Assembly: GCA_034436555.1 (NCBI GenBank)
Contig: DAOTUU010000021.1
Location: 36,415-100,414 of the forward strand
From: Chloroflexota bacterium
GTDB taxonomy: Bacteria > Chloroflexota > Limnocylindria > Limnocylindrales > CSP1-4
DNA length: 64,000 nt
Direction: 5' to 3'
In this document: positions 28,624-38,011 of the stretch, in pieces
Layout: every line of letters begins with the position of its first letter
Numbering within the stretch: position 1 is the first letter of the stretch
Program-made: the position numbers and the translations under genes
The notes under the pieces: model-generated
What the model saw: the letters and a program-made list of their open reading frames with translations, nothing else
Told to the model about the DNA's origin: nothing
Database searches by the model: none

Positions 28624-29439
28624 TCACCCGGAGACCAGCTCGCCGCCATCGACCCCCAGCACGTTGCCGGTGATCCAGTGCGTGCCGGTGCCGCTGAGCG
28701 TGACGATCGCCTGGGCCACGTCCTCGACGGTGGTCATCCTGCCATTCGGGTTGTTCATGCCGTGCGCGATGAGCTGGTCCTTCTCAGGGATCTGCATCAG
28801 CGCCGGCGTGAGCGTCACGCCCGCCCGGATGGCATTGACGGTCACGCCCGACTTCAGCTTCGCGAACTCCATGGCCAGCTGACGGCAATGGGACTCCAGT
28901 GCCGACTTGGCCGCCGAGACCGCGCCATAGGTCGTGCTCACCCGGACCGATCCCTCCGAGGTCATGGCGTAGACCTTGCTGCCCTCCGCGAACAGCCCGG
29001 CGCGCCACACATCCTGCGTCCAGTAGACGAGCGAGTTGGCCATGACGTCGATCGTCATCTCCAGGTTCTTCCGGTTGATCGCGGCCGCCGGATCCAGCAC
29101 CAGGAACGGCTTGAGCGTCCCGAAGGCCAGTGAATGGAGCAGTACGCGCAGGTGCGGCTGGCGTCCGTGCGCGCGCGATTCGGCGAACACGTCGCCGATC
29201 CGCTTGATGACGCTCGCGCGCTGCGCGTCGTCGGCCGCGTTGCCGTTGAAGAACAGCGCCTTCTGGCCGTGCGCCTCGATGCGCCTGCGGATCCCCTCGA
29301 CGCGCTCCATCCCCTGTCGACGATCCAGGTGCACACCCGCGATGTGATACCCGTCCGCCGCGAGTGCCAGCGCCGTCGCCTCCCCGAAACCGCTGCTGGC
29401 GCCCAGGATCAGCGCCCAGCGCTCCCGGTGATCGATCAT
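28624..29439 (-). CDS. SDR, enoyl-ACP reductase (FabL/FabI-like)
   Basis: LGASSGFG, HSLAFG and YGAVSAAK (Y-x6-K spacing of enoyl reductases). Confidence 0.78.
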   Translation of the reverse strand: MIDHRERWALILGASSGFGEATALALAADGYHIAGVHLDRRQGMERVEGIRRRIEAHGQKALFFNGNAADDAQRASVIKRIGDVFAESRAHGRQPHLRVLLHSLAFGTLKPFLVLDPAAAINRKNLEMTIDVMANSLVYWTQDVWRAGLFAEGSKVYAMTSEGSVRVSTTYGAVSAAKSALESHCRQLAMEFAKLKSGVTVNAIRAGVTLTPALMQIPEKDQLIAHGMNNPNGRMTTVEDVAQAIVTLSGTGTHWITGNVLGVDGGELVSG

Positions 29440-29585
29440 GCGGTCCTCCTCCGTCTCCGTCGATGCGGCCAATGATGCCACCCGGGCCGAGGCTGACGAA
29501 CCATGTGTTGACCATGGGGATACCGTGGTTGCCTACCCGGCGGACGCGCGCCCGATGCGCGCCCCCATCCGAGAGGAGGATGCCC

Positions 29586-31196
29586 ATGCACCGACGCCAC
29601 CTGATTCCCGCTCTCGCCCTGGCGTTCCTGCTGCCCACGGGGGCGGTCGCGCAGGACGAGGAAGAGACGTTCAGCGTGACCATCCTGCACACCAACGACA
29701 CCCACTCCCACCACGAGCCGAACAACGCGGGGGACGGTGGTGCGGCGCGCCAGGCGGCCGTCGTCAACCAGATCCGGGCCGAGGGCGGCAACGTGCTGCT
29801 GCTGGATGCGGGCGACCGCTTCACGGGCACGCTGTTCCACCAGCAGTATCGCGGTCAGGACAGCGTCGCGGTCATGAACGCCATCGGCTACGACGGCATG
29901 ACCCTGGGCAACCACGAGTTCGACGACGGCGACCAGATCCTGGCGGACTTCATCGACGGCGTCGCGTTCCCCGTGGTGAACGCGAACGTGGACTTCAGCG
30001 CGTCCCCGGAGCTCGACGGCAAGGTCCAGCCCACCGCCATCCTGGAGGTGGGTGGCGAGCAGGTCGGCATCATCGGCCTGGTGACGCCCGACACCCCCAC
30101 GATCTCCTCGCCCGGCCAGGGTCTCGTGTTCGACAGCGACCTCGTCGGGGCGACCCAGAAGGCCGTCGACGCGCTCACCGAGCAAGGCGTCGACAAGATC
30201 GTCCTGGTCACCCACATCGGCCTGGACAAGGACAAGGAGGTCGCGGCGGGCACGCGCGGCGTCGACATCATCGTGGGCGGGCACACCCACTCGCTGCTGA
30301 GCAACGCCTATACGGCTTCCGTGGCGGAGTATCCCGTGGTCGTGGAAGACCTGGACGGCGCCCCGGTCAGCATCGTCCAGGCGGGTGAATACGACCAGTA
30401 CCTGGGCCGCCTGGACGTGACGTTCGACGCGGCAGGCGCGGTCACCGAGGCCGCGGGCGACACCATCCTGCTGTCGCGCTTCATCACCCCCGATCCGGCG
30501 GTCGCCGAGATCGTGGCGACGCTGGCCGCCCCCATCGAGGACCTGAAGCAGACCCCCGTCGGCGAGTCGGCGGTGTTCCTCGTCGGCGACCGGGCCGTGT
30601 GCCGCGTCCAGGAGTGCAACCTGGGCGATCTCATCACCGACGCGATGCGCGCCGAGACGGGCGCCCAGATCGCGATCACCAACGGCGGCGGCATCCGGAG
30701 CAACGTGCCGGTCGGCGCCGACACCCCCGCCGACGTGGCGCTCCCGGAGCCGATCACGGTGACCCTCGGCGACGTGCTCACGGTCTTTCCGTTCGGCAAT
30801 CTCGTGAGCACCTTCAAGCTGACCGGTGCGGACGTGGTGGCGGCCCTCGAGAACGGCGTGTCCAAGGTGGAGGAGGGCGCGGGCCGCTTCCCGCAGGTCT
30901 CCGGCATCCGGTACACCTGGGACGGCAGCAAGCCTGCGGGCAGCCGCATCGTGAGCGTCGAGGTGGTCGGTGAGGACGGCACCGCGACACCCATCGATCC
31001 GGCGGCCACCTACACCGTCGCCAGCAACGACTTCATGCGTCGCGGTGGCGACGGCTACGAGGTCTTCGCGACCAACGCCATCGACGCCTACGACTTCGGC
31101 AAGCCCCTGGACCAGGTGCTCCAGGAGTACATCAAGACGAACAGCCCGATCGCCCCGGCGATCGATGGCCGGATCACCCGGGCGGACGCTTCGTAG
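29586..31196 (+). CDS. Secreted bifunctional metallophosphatase/5'-nucleotidase
   Basis: Signal peptide; ILHTNDTHSH, LDAGD.FTG, GNHEFD, THIG, GGHTH, NGGGIR, FPQVSG and ASNDF...GGDGY motifs. Confidence 0.93.
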   Translation: MHRRHLIPALALAFLLPTGAVAQDEEETFSVTILHTNDTHSHHEPNNAGDGGAARQAAVVNQIRAEGGNVLLLDAGDRFTGTLFHQQYRGQDSVAVMNAIGYDGMTLGNHEFDDGDQILADFIDGVAFPVVNANVDFSASPELDGKVQPTAILEVGGEQVGIIGLVTPDTPTISSPGQGLVFDSDLVGATQKAVDALTEQGVDKIVLVTHIGLDKDKEVAAGTRGVDIIVGGHTHSLLSNAYTASVAEYPVVVEDLDGAPVSIVQAGEYDQYLGRLDVTFDAAGAVTEAAGDTILLSRFITPDPAVAEIVATLAAPIEDLKQTPVGESAVFLVGDRAVCRVQECNLGDLITDAMRAETGAQIAITNGGGIRSNVPVGADTPADVALPEPITVTLGDVLTVFPFGNLVSTFKLTGADVVAALENGVSKVEEGAGRFPQVSGIRYTWDGSKPAGSRIVSVEVVGEDGTATPIDPAATYTVASNDFMRRGGDGYEVFATNAIDAYDFGKPLDQVLQEYIKTNSPIAPAIDGRITRADAS

Positions 31197-31242
31197 CGTC
31201 CGGGTCACCGAATCGGGAGGGGGCGGCCGGCGATCGCGCCGG

Positions 31243-32184
31243 TCAGCCTTCTCCCACCATCGGCGTGGTGATCATGCCGATCCCCTCGATCTCGATCTCC
31301 ACGATGTCGCCCGGCGCCAGGAACTCCGGCGGCGTGCGGCCCTGGCCGACGCCGTCGGGCGTGCCGGTCAGGATGATGTCGCCCGGGTGGAGCGTCATGA
31401 CCGCCGAGGCCGACCGGATGATGTGCGGCAGGTCCCACACCAGCCGCGCCGTGGTGCCGTCCTGCTTGACCACCCCGTTCACGCGCGTGACGATGCGCAG
31501 GTCACCGGCGTCCGGCACGTGCGCCGCGGGCACGATCCACGGCCCCAGCGGCGCCGCGCCGTCGTGCGACTTGCCGCGATACCAGTAGGGCGGCGCGAAC
31601 ATCTTCGTGGTGGGCCGCCCGGCGCCTCCCCGGTCGCTCACGTCGAACGCGACGAGGTACCCGAACACGTGGTCCATGGCGGTCTCCAGGGGCACGTCCT
31701 TGGCGGTCCGGCCGATGACCAGCGCCAGTTCCCCCTCCCAGTCGATGTTGCGTCCGGCGGGCATCACGAACGGCACACCCGGGTCCGCGATGCAGTTGCG
31801 GGGCGACTTGGCGAAGAACACCGGCTCCTCGGCGTCTGGGTCCACGGCCGAGTCGCGGCCCATCTCGTCCGCATGCGCCTTGTAGTTGGCGGCGATGCAC
31901 AACAGGTTCCAGGGGTGGCGCAGCGGCGTGCGCAGCTGCACCTGGGAGCATGCGTGGGTGCCCGGGCCGTCGCCGAGACCGGCGTCCGCCATGGCCTGGA
32001 GACGGGCGGCCACGCGCGGACTCCACGCCTCGATGATGCCCCGCAGGTCGGTCGGTGACCCGTGGGCCGTCTCCGCACGTCCGTGCGCCGTCGCCGCGGC
32101 CAGGTCCAGCACCCGGTCACCGACGAGCATGCCGGGACGGTCGATGCCCTCATGGGTGAAGGTGACGAGTCGATAGGGAGTCAT
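31243..32184 (-). CDS. Fumarylacetoacetate hydrolase family protein
   Basis: CIAANYKAH, PVFFAK, DWEGELALVIG, GKSHDG, LGPWIV and GDIILTGTP motifs. Confidence 0.9.
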   Translation of the reverse strand: MTPYRLVTFTHEGIDRPGMLVGDRVLDLAAATAHGRAETAHGSPTDLRGIIEAWSPRVAARLQAMADAGLGDGPGTHACSQVQLRTPLRHPWNLLCIAANYKAHADEMGRDSAVDPDAEEPVFFAKSPRNCIADPGVPFVMPAGRNIDWEGELALVIGRTAKDVPLETAMDHVFGYLVAFDVSDRGGAGRPTTKMFAPPYWYRGKSHDGAAPLGPWIVPAAHVPDAGDLRIVTRVNGVVKQDGTTARLVWDLPHIIRSASAVMTLHPGDIILTGTPDGVGQGRTPPEFLAPGDIVEIEIEGIGMITTPMVGEG

Positions 32185-32246
32185 GGAGGGTCCTCGGTCG
32201 GGCGTTCGGAACGGTTGTCCGGACACATGATGGGGCAGGGTGGGGC

Positions 32247-32344
32247 CGCGTCGGTCCGCGGGGTCGGCACAGGACCGATCGGCCAGGCAGATGGTGAATC
32301 CGCGTCGGTCCGCGGGGTCGGCGCAGGACCGATCGGCCAGGCAG
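32247..32344. repeat. Approximately 44-bp direct repeat, two copies
   Basis: cgcgtcggtccgcggggtcggc(a/g)caggaccgatcggccaggcag occurs twice, 54 bp apart. Confidence 0.7.
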
Positions 32345-32708
32345 CGGCCATGACTGACCGAACCGCCCCCGGACGACGGCGATCCGGGCCGCTCAACGGA
32401 CCGTCCCGACCGGATGGTTCCAGCCGGTCCGGGGAGCGGCCCGAAGCGATGTGCCGCGCCGCAACCTCGATGGTCCTGGCCGTTGACCGGGACGGTCTTG
32501 GCCGCTGACCGGCCACCCCACCATTCCCGGAAGGGTCGCCCAGTCAGACACCGGCATGCCGCCCCGAGTCGATCGACATGGGTCGCCATCATGGTGTAAC
32601 GATGAGGGCCGTCTCCGCCAGTCGCCTGGGCCGCCGCGCGGGGCCGGCGCCTCTGCCGACGCGCGGGTCCGGCGCCTCTGCCGGCGCGCGGGTCCGGCGC
32701 GCCGGAGG

Positions 32709-33290
32709 CTAGTCAGACAGCCAGAGCCTGAGCAGGTCGCGCAGCGCCTCGATGCCGGTGCCCTTCGCGGCGCTGACCCAACTGACATCCTCGGGCAGCA
32801 GGTCACATGCCACCGCCACCTCCCTGCGGCGCACACCGATGGTGGACGGCTTCACCTTGTCCTGCTTCGTGGCCACGACGTGGTGGGGAACCTCGTGGTG
32901 GCGCACCCAGGCGAGCATCTGGAGGTCCAGCCTCGTCGGGCCGACCGCGCCGTCGACCAGCACGACCACCATCTGGAGGCCGTCGCGCCGAAGCAGGTAT
33001 CCCTCGATCATCGCGTCCCACGTCGCCTTGATGCGCGTGGGCACCTTCGCGAAGCCGTAGCCCGGCAGATCCATGATCGTGCGCCCCGGGCGCACCTCGA
33101 ACAGGTTCAGGCGCTGCGTCAGGCCGGGGGTCTGGCTGACGCGCGCCAGCTGGCGCTGGTTGGCGAGGGCGTTGATGAGCGACGACTTGCCGACATTGGA
33201 GCGGCCCACGATGGCCACCTCGCGGGTGGTGGGCGGCAGCTCGTCCACGGCACCCGCGGAGGTGACGAAGCGCATCTGGACCGGGGGCAC
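32709..33290 (-). CDS. engB: Ribosome biogenesis GTPase YsxC/EngB
   Basis: VGRSNVGKSSLIN, SQTPGLT, DLPGYG and TKQDK motifs. Confidence 0.93.
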   Translation of the reverse strand: MPPVQMRFVTSAGAVDELPPTTREVAIVGRSNVGKSSLINALANQRQLARVSQTPGLTQRLNLFEVRPGRTIMDLPGYGFAKVPTRIKATWDAMIEGYLLRRDGLQMVVVLVDGAVGPTRLDLQMLAWVRHHEVPHHVVATKQDKVKPSTIGVRRREVAVACDLLPEDVSWVSAAKGTGIEALRDLLRLWLSD

Positions 33291-33292
33291 GG

Positions 33293-34699
33293 CTATGCCT
33301 CCCCGCGCGTCACGGCCGCGGCGTTCGGGCGCAGCGCGGCGATCTCGTCCGGGCCGTAGCCCAGCTCCCGCAGGACCTCCGCGCCGTGCTCCGCGAACAG
33401 CGGCGGTGGTCTGCGCACCGACCCCGGCGTCCGCGACAGCTTCGCGGGCAGCCCCGGCAGCCTGATCTCGCCGATCGTGGGATGGGCGACCGTCACGACC
33501 ATCGCGCGGTCCGCGATCCCCGGGTCGGCGAACACCTGGGCCATGTCGCGCACCTCGCCGACGGGCACCTGTGCGGCCGTCAGCGCGGCCGACCAGTCCG
33601 CGGTCGCGCGACCCGCCAGCACCCCGGCGAGGATCGGCCGGAGCGCATCGCGGTTCACCACGCGCTCGGCGTTCGTGACGAACCGCGGGTCCGAGGCCAG
33701 CGCGGCCATCCCGAGCGCCTCGCAGAAGCGGGCCCACTGCCGCTCCGAGCCGACGGCGACCGCCAGCTCGCCATCGGCGGTCGAGAACGTCTCGTAGGGC
33801 GTGATGTTGGGATGCCGGTTGCCCATGCGCCCGGGCACGCGCCCACCGATGAGCCAGTTCGCGGCCTGGTTGGCGAGCCACGCCACGGTGGCGTCGAGGA
33901 GCGCCAGGTCGATGCGCTGGCCGCGTCCGCCTGCATCCCGCTCTCGGAGCGCGGCCAGCAGGTGCACCGCGCCGAGCATCCCGGTGGCGAGGTCCACGAT
34001 CGCGACGCCCACCTTCGTCGGGCCGCCTCCGTCGGCATCCGCCTGGCCCGTGATGGACATCAGCCCGGACACCGCCTGGATGATGAAGTCGAAGCCCGGC
34101 CGGTCCGCGTCCGCGCCGCGCGGGCCGTAGCCCGTGATCGACAGCCGCACCAGGCCCGGCTGGAGGCGCTCCAGCTCGGCATCGCTGAAACCCATCCGGT
34201 CGAGGGCACCCGCGCGGAAGTTCTCGATGAGCACATCGGACCGTGCGATGAGGCGCCGCAGCGCGTCGCGCGCCTCAGGCGTCCGGAGGTCCAGCGCGAT
34301 GCCCCGCTTGTTGCGGTTGACCGAGAGGTAGTAGGCGGACTCGCCCCGGTACCCGCGATCGCGGCGCGGGTCACCCGCCGGATAGCTGCCTCCCTCCTCC
34401 GGAGCACCCGCGTACGGCGGGCCGTAGAGGCGGGTGGGGTCTCCGGTGGGCGGCTCGACCTTGATGACGTCGGCGCCCAGGTCGCCCAGGAGCATGGCGC
34501 AGTAGGGCCCCGCGAGCACCGTGGACAGGTCCAGCACGCACAGGCCCGCGAGCGGCCCGTCCGAGGCGCGCCCGGGCGGCCCGTCCGAGGCGTCCTCGCC
34601 CGCCGGGTCGCGCCCGGGCGGTGGGACGCGCCCGGGCGGCCCGTCCGAGGCGTCCTCGCCCGCCGGGTCGCGCCCGAGCGGCGGGATCAGGTCGGTCAC
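33293..34699 (-). CDS. Family III CoA-transferase (CaiB/BaiF)
   Basis: GPLAGL.VLDLS..LAGP, GDLGADVIKVE, NRNKRGI.LDL, DVLIENFR, GFDFIIQA.SG and P.FAEH motifs; 60-bp duplicated N-terminal extension. Confidence 0.92.
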   Translation of the reverse strand: MTDLIPPLGRDPAGEDASDGPPGRVPPPGRDPAGEDASDGPPGRASDGPLAGLCVLDLSTVLAGPYCAMLLGDLGADVIKVEPPTGDPTRLYGPPYAGAPEEGGSYPAGDPRRDRGYRGESAYYLSVNRNKRGIALDLRTPEARDALRRLIARSDVLIENFRAGALDRMGFSDAELERLQPGLVRLSITGYGPRGADADRPGFDFIIQAVSGLMSITGQADADGGGPTKVGVAIVDLATGMLGAVHLLAALRERDAGGRGQRIDLALLDATVAWLANQAANWLIGGRVPGRMGNRHPNITPYETFSTADGELAVAVGSERQWARFCEALGMAALASDPRFVTNAERVVNRDALRPILAGVLAGRATADWSAALTAAQVPVGEVRDMAQVFADPGIADRAMVVTVAHPTIGEIRLPGLPAKLSRTPGSVRRPPPLFAEHGAEVLRELGYGPDEIAALRPNAAAVTRGEA

Positions 34700-35136
34700 C
34701 GGGGCGCGGGCCGTCGCACCGATCGACCGGACGCCCTGGGGCGGCCCGCCTCGCCGCTCATGCCCGCGCGCATCGGCTTCAGCAGCAGGTAGCGCTGATC
34801 CTGGTCGAGCAGGTCCCCGGCGACGCTGGCCAGCCCGGCGTCCATCACCGGCGGCAGCGCCTGGTAGCGCGCCTGCTGGCGGATCTGCTCCGGCGAGCCG
34901 CCGCCCACCGCATCGACGAAGTTGAACGCCTTGTCGCCCGCCCACTCGTTGACGGCCGCCCGCAGCTCGTCCAGCTCCGCGTGCCTCCCGGCCGCCCGCA
35001 GGCGCTCCGACGCGACCGTCCAGGCCGTTCGCCGGGGCTCCGGGTCCTCGGCATCCCAGGCGACGCGCATCTGGCGCGCCTGCTCCGGCTCGATGGTCGC
35101 GATCCGGGCGAGAAAGCGCTCGATGGTCGGTGTCAT
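34696..35136 (-). CDS. Hypothetical helical protein
   Basis: MTPTIERFLARIATI...; GATACT 7 nt upstream of the ATG; stop overlaps the CoA-transferase start. Confidence 0.65.
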   Translation of the reverse strand: MTPTIERFLARIATIEPEQARQMRVAWDAEDPEPRRTAWTVASERLRAAGRHAELDELRAAVNEWAGDKAFNFVDAVGGGSPEQIRQQARYQALPPVMDAGLASVAGDLLDQDQRYLLLKPMRAGMSGEAGRPRASGRSVRRPAPR

Positions 35137-35230
35137 GCGAGCCAGTATCCCCGGTCGGCGGCCCATCCGTCCCTGCCGACCATCCCGCCTATCATCCACG
35201 GGTGAGGTGTGTCGCCCTGGACGCGATCGC

Positions 35231-36094
35231 ATGAGTCGAGGTGCGTCCGCAACGAGGACCGCGCGGCGGTATGCCGGGGACGCCCTCGCCGCGGTCCGGT
35301 CGTTCGGCGCGCCGGGTGGCGACCCGGGCCGGCACGCGCCGACCGAGGTCCCGCCGCCCCCGCCAGCAGGCTGGATGACCGCGCCACCCGACTTCGTGGG
35401 CGTGGGCACGGCTCGCTCCGGCACGACCTGGTGGGACACCCTCATCCACGACCATCCAGGGGTGGCGCGCGCGGACGGCGTGCCCAAGGACACCCGCTTC
35501 TTCGACCGGTTCTGGGCGAGCGAGTGCACGGACGCGGACATCGCCGCCTACCACGCCTTCTTCGCCCGGCCTGAGGGCTCGCTGGCGGGTGAATGGTCAC
35601 CCGGCTACATCCTGGACCCGTGGACCCCGCCGCTGCTGCGTCGCGCGGCGCCGGACGCGAGGCTGCTGGTGCTGCTGCGCGACCCGGTGGAGCGGTTCCG
35701 CAGCGCTCGCGCCGTGGCTGCGAGCCGCCCGACGCCGGATGCGAGTCCGCGCGCTGCCGCGAACGCGGGCTTCCAGCGCGGCATCTACGCCGACCAGCTG
35801 CTGCGCCTGTGGCGATCGTTCCCGCGCGACCAGACGCTCGTGCTCCAGTTCGAGCGGTGCGTGCGCGAGCCCGTGGCCCAGCTCCGCCGGACGTTCCGGT
35901 TCCTCGGCCTGGATCCTGACCCGGCCGACTCCATCGAGGTCGGCACCGGGGCGCAGGCATCGGGTGGACCGCGCGCCGGGCTGTCGCTGGACCAGCAGGC
36001 CACGCTCGTCGCCCGGTACGCGCCGGAGAACGCTCGACTGGCCGCACTCCTCGGCCCGGACCTGGACCTGTCGCTGTGGGTGAGCCCGCGATGA
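35231..36094 (+). CDS. PAPS-dependent sulfotransferase
   Basis: PDFVGVGTARSGTTWW (5'-PSB loop), KDTRFFD, GEWSP.Y, LLRDPVERFRS (3'-PB) and RGIYADQL motifs. Confidence 0.88.
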   Translation: MSRGASATRTARRYAGDALAAVRSFGAPGGDPGRHAPTEVPPPPPAGWMTAPPDFVGVGTARSGTTWWDTLIHDHPGVARADGVPKDTRFFDRFWASECTDADIAAYHAFFARPEGSLAGEWSPGYILDPWTPPLLRRAAPDARLLVLLRDPVERFRSARAVAASRPTPDASPRAAANAGFQRGIYADQLLRLWRSFPRDQTLVLQFERCVREPVAQLRRTFRFLGLDPDPADSIEVGTGAQASGGPRAGLSLDQQATLVARYAPENARLAALLGPDLDLSLWVSPR

Positions 36095-36127
36095 GGGCAT
36101 GGCACCGGGGCGCCGAACGGTGAGGGC

Positions 36128-37000
36128 ATGGCACCGGGGCGCCGAGCGATGAGCCAGGGCCTCGAGGCGCGCCTGCGCCGCCAGGTCGTCCGCGGATCGC
36201 GCGCCTGGCACCGCTTCCGGGGGCCTGCTGCGGCCGGGCCGCCGGCGCCCCCGGCGTGTCCCGCCAACCAGCGCATCGGCCCACCCGACTACGTGGGCAT
36301 CGGCGCGCAGAAGGCCGGCACCACCTGGTGGACCGCGCTCATCGAGGCACACCCGGACGTGCATCGGGCAAAGGGCCAGCCCAAGGAGCTGCACTTCTTC
36401 GACACGCTCTGGGAGCGGACGTGGTCCGCGTCGGATGCGACCCGCTATGCCCGCTACTTCCCGCGCCCGTCGGGTGCCGTGTCAGGAGAGTGGACGCCGG
36501 GCTACATGATCGACTTCTGGACACCCGGGCTCATCGCGCGGGCGGCGCCCGGCGCACGCATCCTGGTGCTGCTGCGCGACCCGGTGGAGCGGTTCCGGAG
36601 CGGGCTGACCCACACCGACGACGCATCCAGCGCGACGCTCACCCAGCGTGACGTCGTGGGCGGGTTCCAGCGCGGGCTCTACGCACAGCAGCTGCGGCGC
36701 GTGTTCGACGCCTTCCCGCGCGACCAGGTGCTGATCCTCCAGTACGAGCGCTGTCGCGAGGACCCGGTCGCGCAGCTGGGTCGCACGTTCGCGTTCCTGG
36801 GCCTGCGTCCCGTGGCCCAGCCCCCGTCCGATGTCACGCGGGAGTTCAACCCCACCACGAGGGCGAAGGTGCCCCTCTCGGACGGGCTGCGACAGGCGCT
36901 CGTGGAGGGCTACGCGACCGATCTGGCCCAGCTCGCGGAGCTGGTGCCGGAGCTGGACCTGGGATGCTGGCCGACCGCCATCGCGGCGGGGCTCGCCTGA
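36128..37000 (+). CDS. PAPS-dependent sulfotransferase (paralog)
   Basis: PDYVGIGAQKAGTTWW, KELHFFD, GEWTPGY, LLRDPVERFRS and RGLYAQQL motifs. Confidence 0.9.
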   Translation: MAPGRRAMSQGLEARLRRQVVRGSRAWHRFRGPAAAGPPAPPACPANQRIGPPDYVGIGAQKAGTTWWTALIEAHPDVHRAKGQPKELHFFDTLWERTWSASDATRYARYFPRPSGAVSGEWTPGYMIDFWTPGLIARAAPGARILVLLRDPVERFRSGLTHTDDASSATLTQRDVVGGFQRGLYAQQLRRVFDAFPRDQVLILQYERCREDPVAQLGRTFAFLGLRPVAQPPSDVTREFNPTTRAKVPLSDGLRQALVEGYATDLAQLAELVPELDLGCWPTAIAAGLA

Positions 37001-37052
37001 CCGCTCGCCGACGCCTGTGGCGGCCTGCCCGCGGGCGGGGCACAATCGCGCC

Positions 37053-37964
37053 ATGGCCCCCCTCCACTCGCTGCTCACCGTCCACGCCCATCCCGACGAC
37101 GAGACCATCGCCACGGGCGGGGTGATGGCCCGCTACAGCCAGGCCGGCCACCGCGTGGTGTGCGTCACCTGCACGGGCGGCGAGCACGGTGAGATCGTGG
37201 TGCCCGACATGGATACCCCGGAGAACCACGCCCGGCTGCGCGACATCCGGGCCGAGGAGCTGCGCCGCGCCCTGGAGCGGCTGGGTCCCGTCGAGGGTCG
37301 TGCGCTCGGCTACATCGACTCCGGGATGATGGGCACGGCGCCGAACGACGAGCCGGGATCGTTCTGGACCGCGGACGTCGACGAGGCGACCGGACGGCTG
37401 GTGCGCATCGTGCGAGAGACGCGGCCGCAGGTGATCGTGGGCTACAACGACTTCGGCGGCTACGGCCACCCCGACCACATCCGGGCGGCGCAGGTTGCGA
37501 AGCTCGCGTTCACCCGCGCGGGCGACGCGGCGTGGTATCCCGAACAGCTGGACGGCGGCCTCGTCCCGTGGCAGCCGCTGAAGCTGTACGAGAGCGTGAT
37601 GGACCTCTCGCGGCGCACCGAGATCGCGGAGCTGATGCGGGAGCGCGGCGTGCGTCACTGGCTCGCGCCCGCCGACGACGAGACCCCGGAGCAGCGACGC
37701 GAGCGCGAGGACCACATCCGGCGCATGGCCGAGGCGACCGGCCCGAGGACCACCAGCGTGGACGTGACGTCCGTGATCGAGGACAAGCTCGCCGCGCTCC
37801 GGGAGCACGTCACCCAGATCGGGGCGGACAGCGTCCTGCTCGCGCTCACGCCCGACGAATGGCGGCACCACCTGCCCACCGAGGACTTCACCCTGCGCAT
37901 CGCGCGCCTGGGCGTGGCGATCCCGGAGAGCGACCTGTTCGCGGGGCTCCCCTCGGAGGCGTGA
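37053..37964 (+). CDS. PIG-L/LmbE family de-N-acylase (Mca/MshB-like)
   Basis: HAHPDDE, TGGEHGE, DSGMMG and GGYGHPDH motifs; CACAAT 6 nt before the ATG. Confidence 0.88.
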   Translation: MAPLHSLLTVHAHPDDETIATGGVMARYSQAGHRVVCVTCTGGEHGEIVVPDMDTPENHARLRDIRAEELRRALERLGPVEGRALGYIDSGMMGTAPNDEPGSFWTADVDEATGRLVRIVRETRPQVIVGYNDFGGYGHPDHIRAAQVAKLAFTRAGDAAWYPEQLDGGLVPWQPLKLYESVMDLSRRTEIAELMRERGVRHWLAPADDETPEQRREREDHIRRMAEATGPRTTSVDVTSVIEDKLAALREHVTQIGADSVLLALTPDEWRHHLPTEDFTLRIARLGVAIPESDLFAGLPSEA

Positions 37965-38011
37965 CGGCCCTTCGGGTCGCCCGGCTTCCCGACCGTGTCA
38001 GGATGTGTCGC

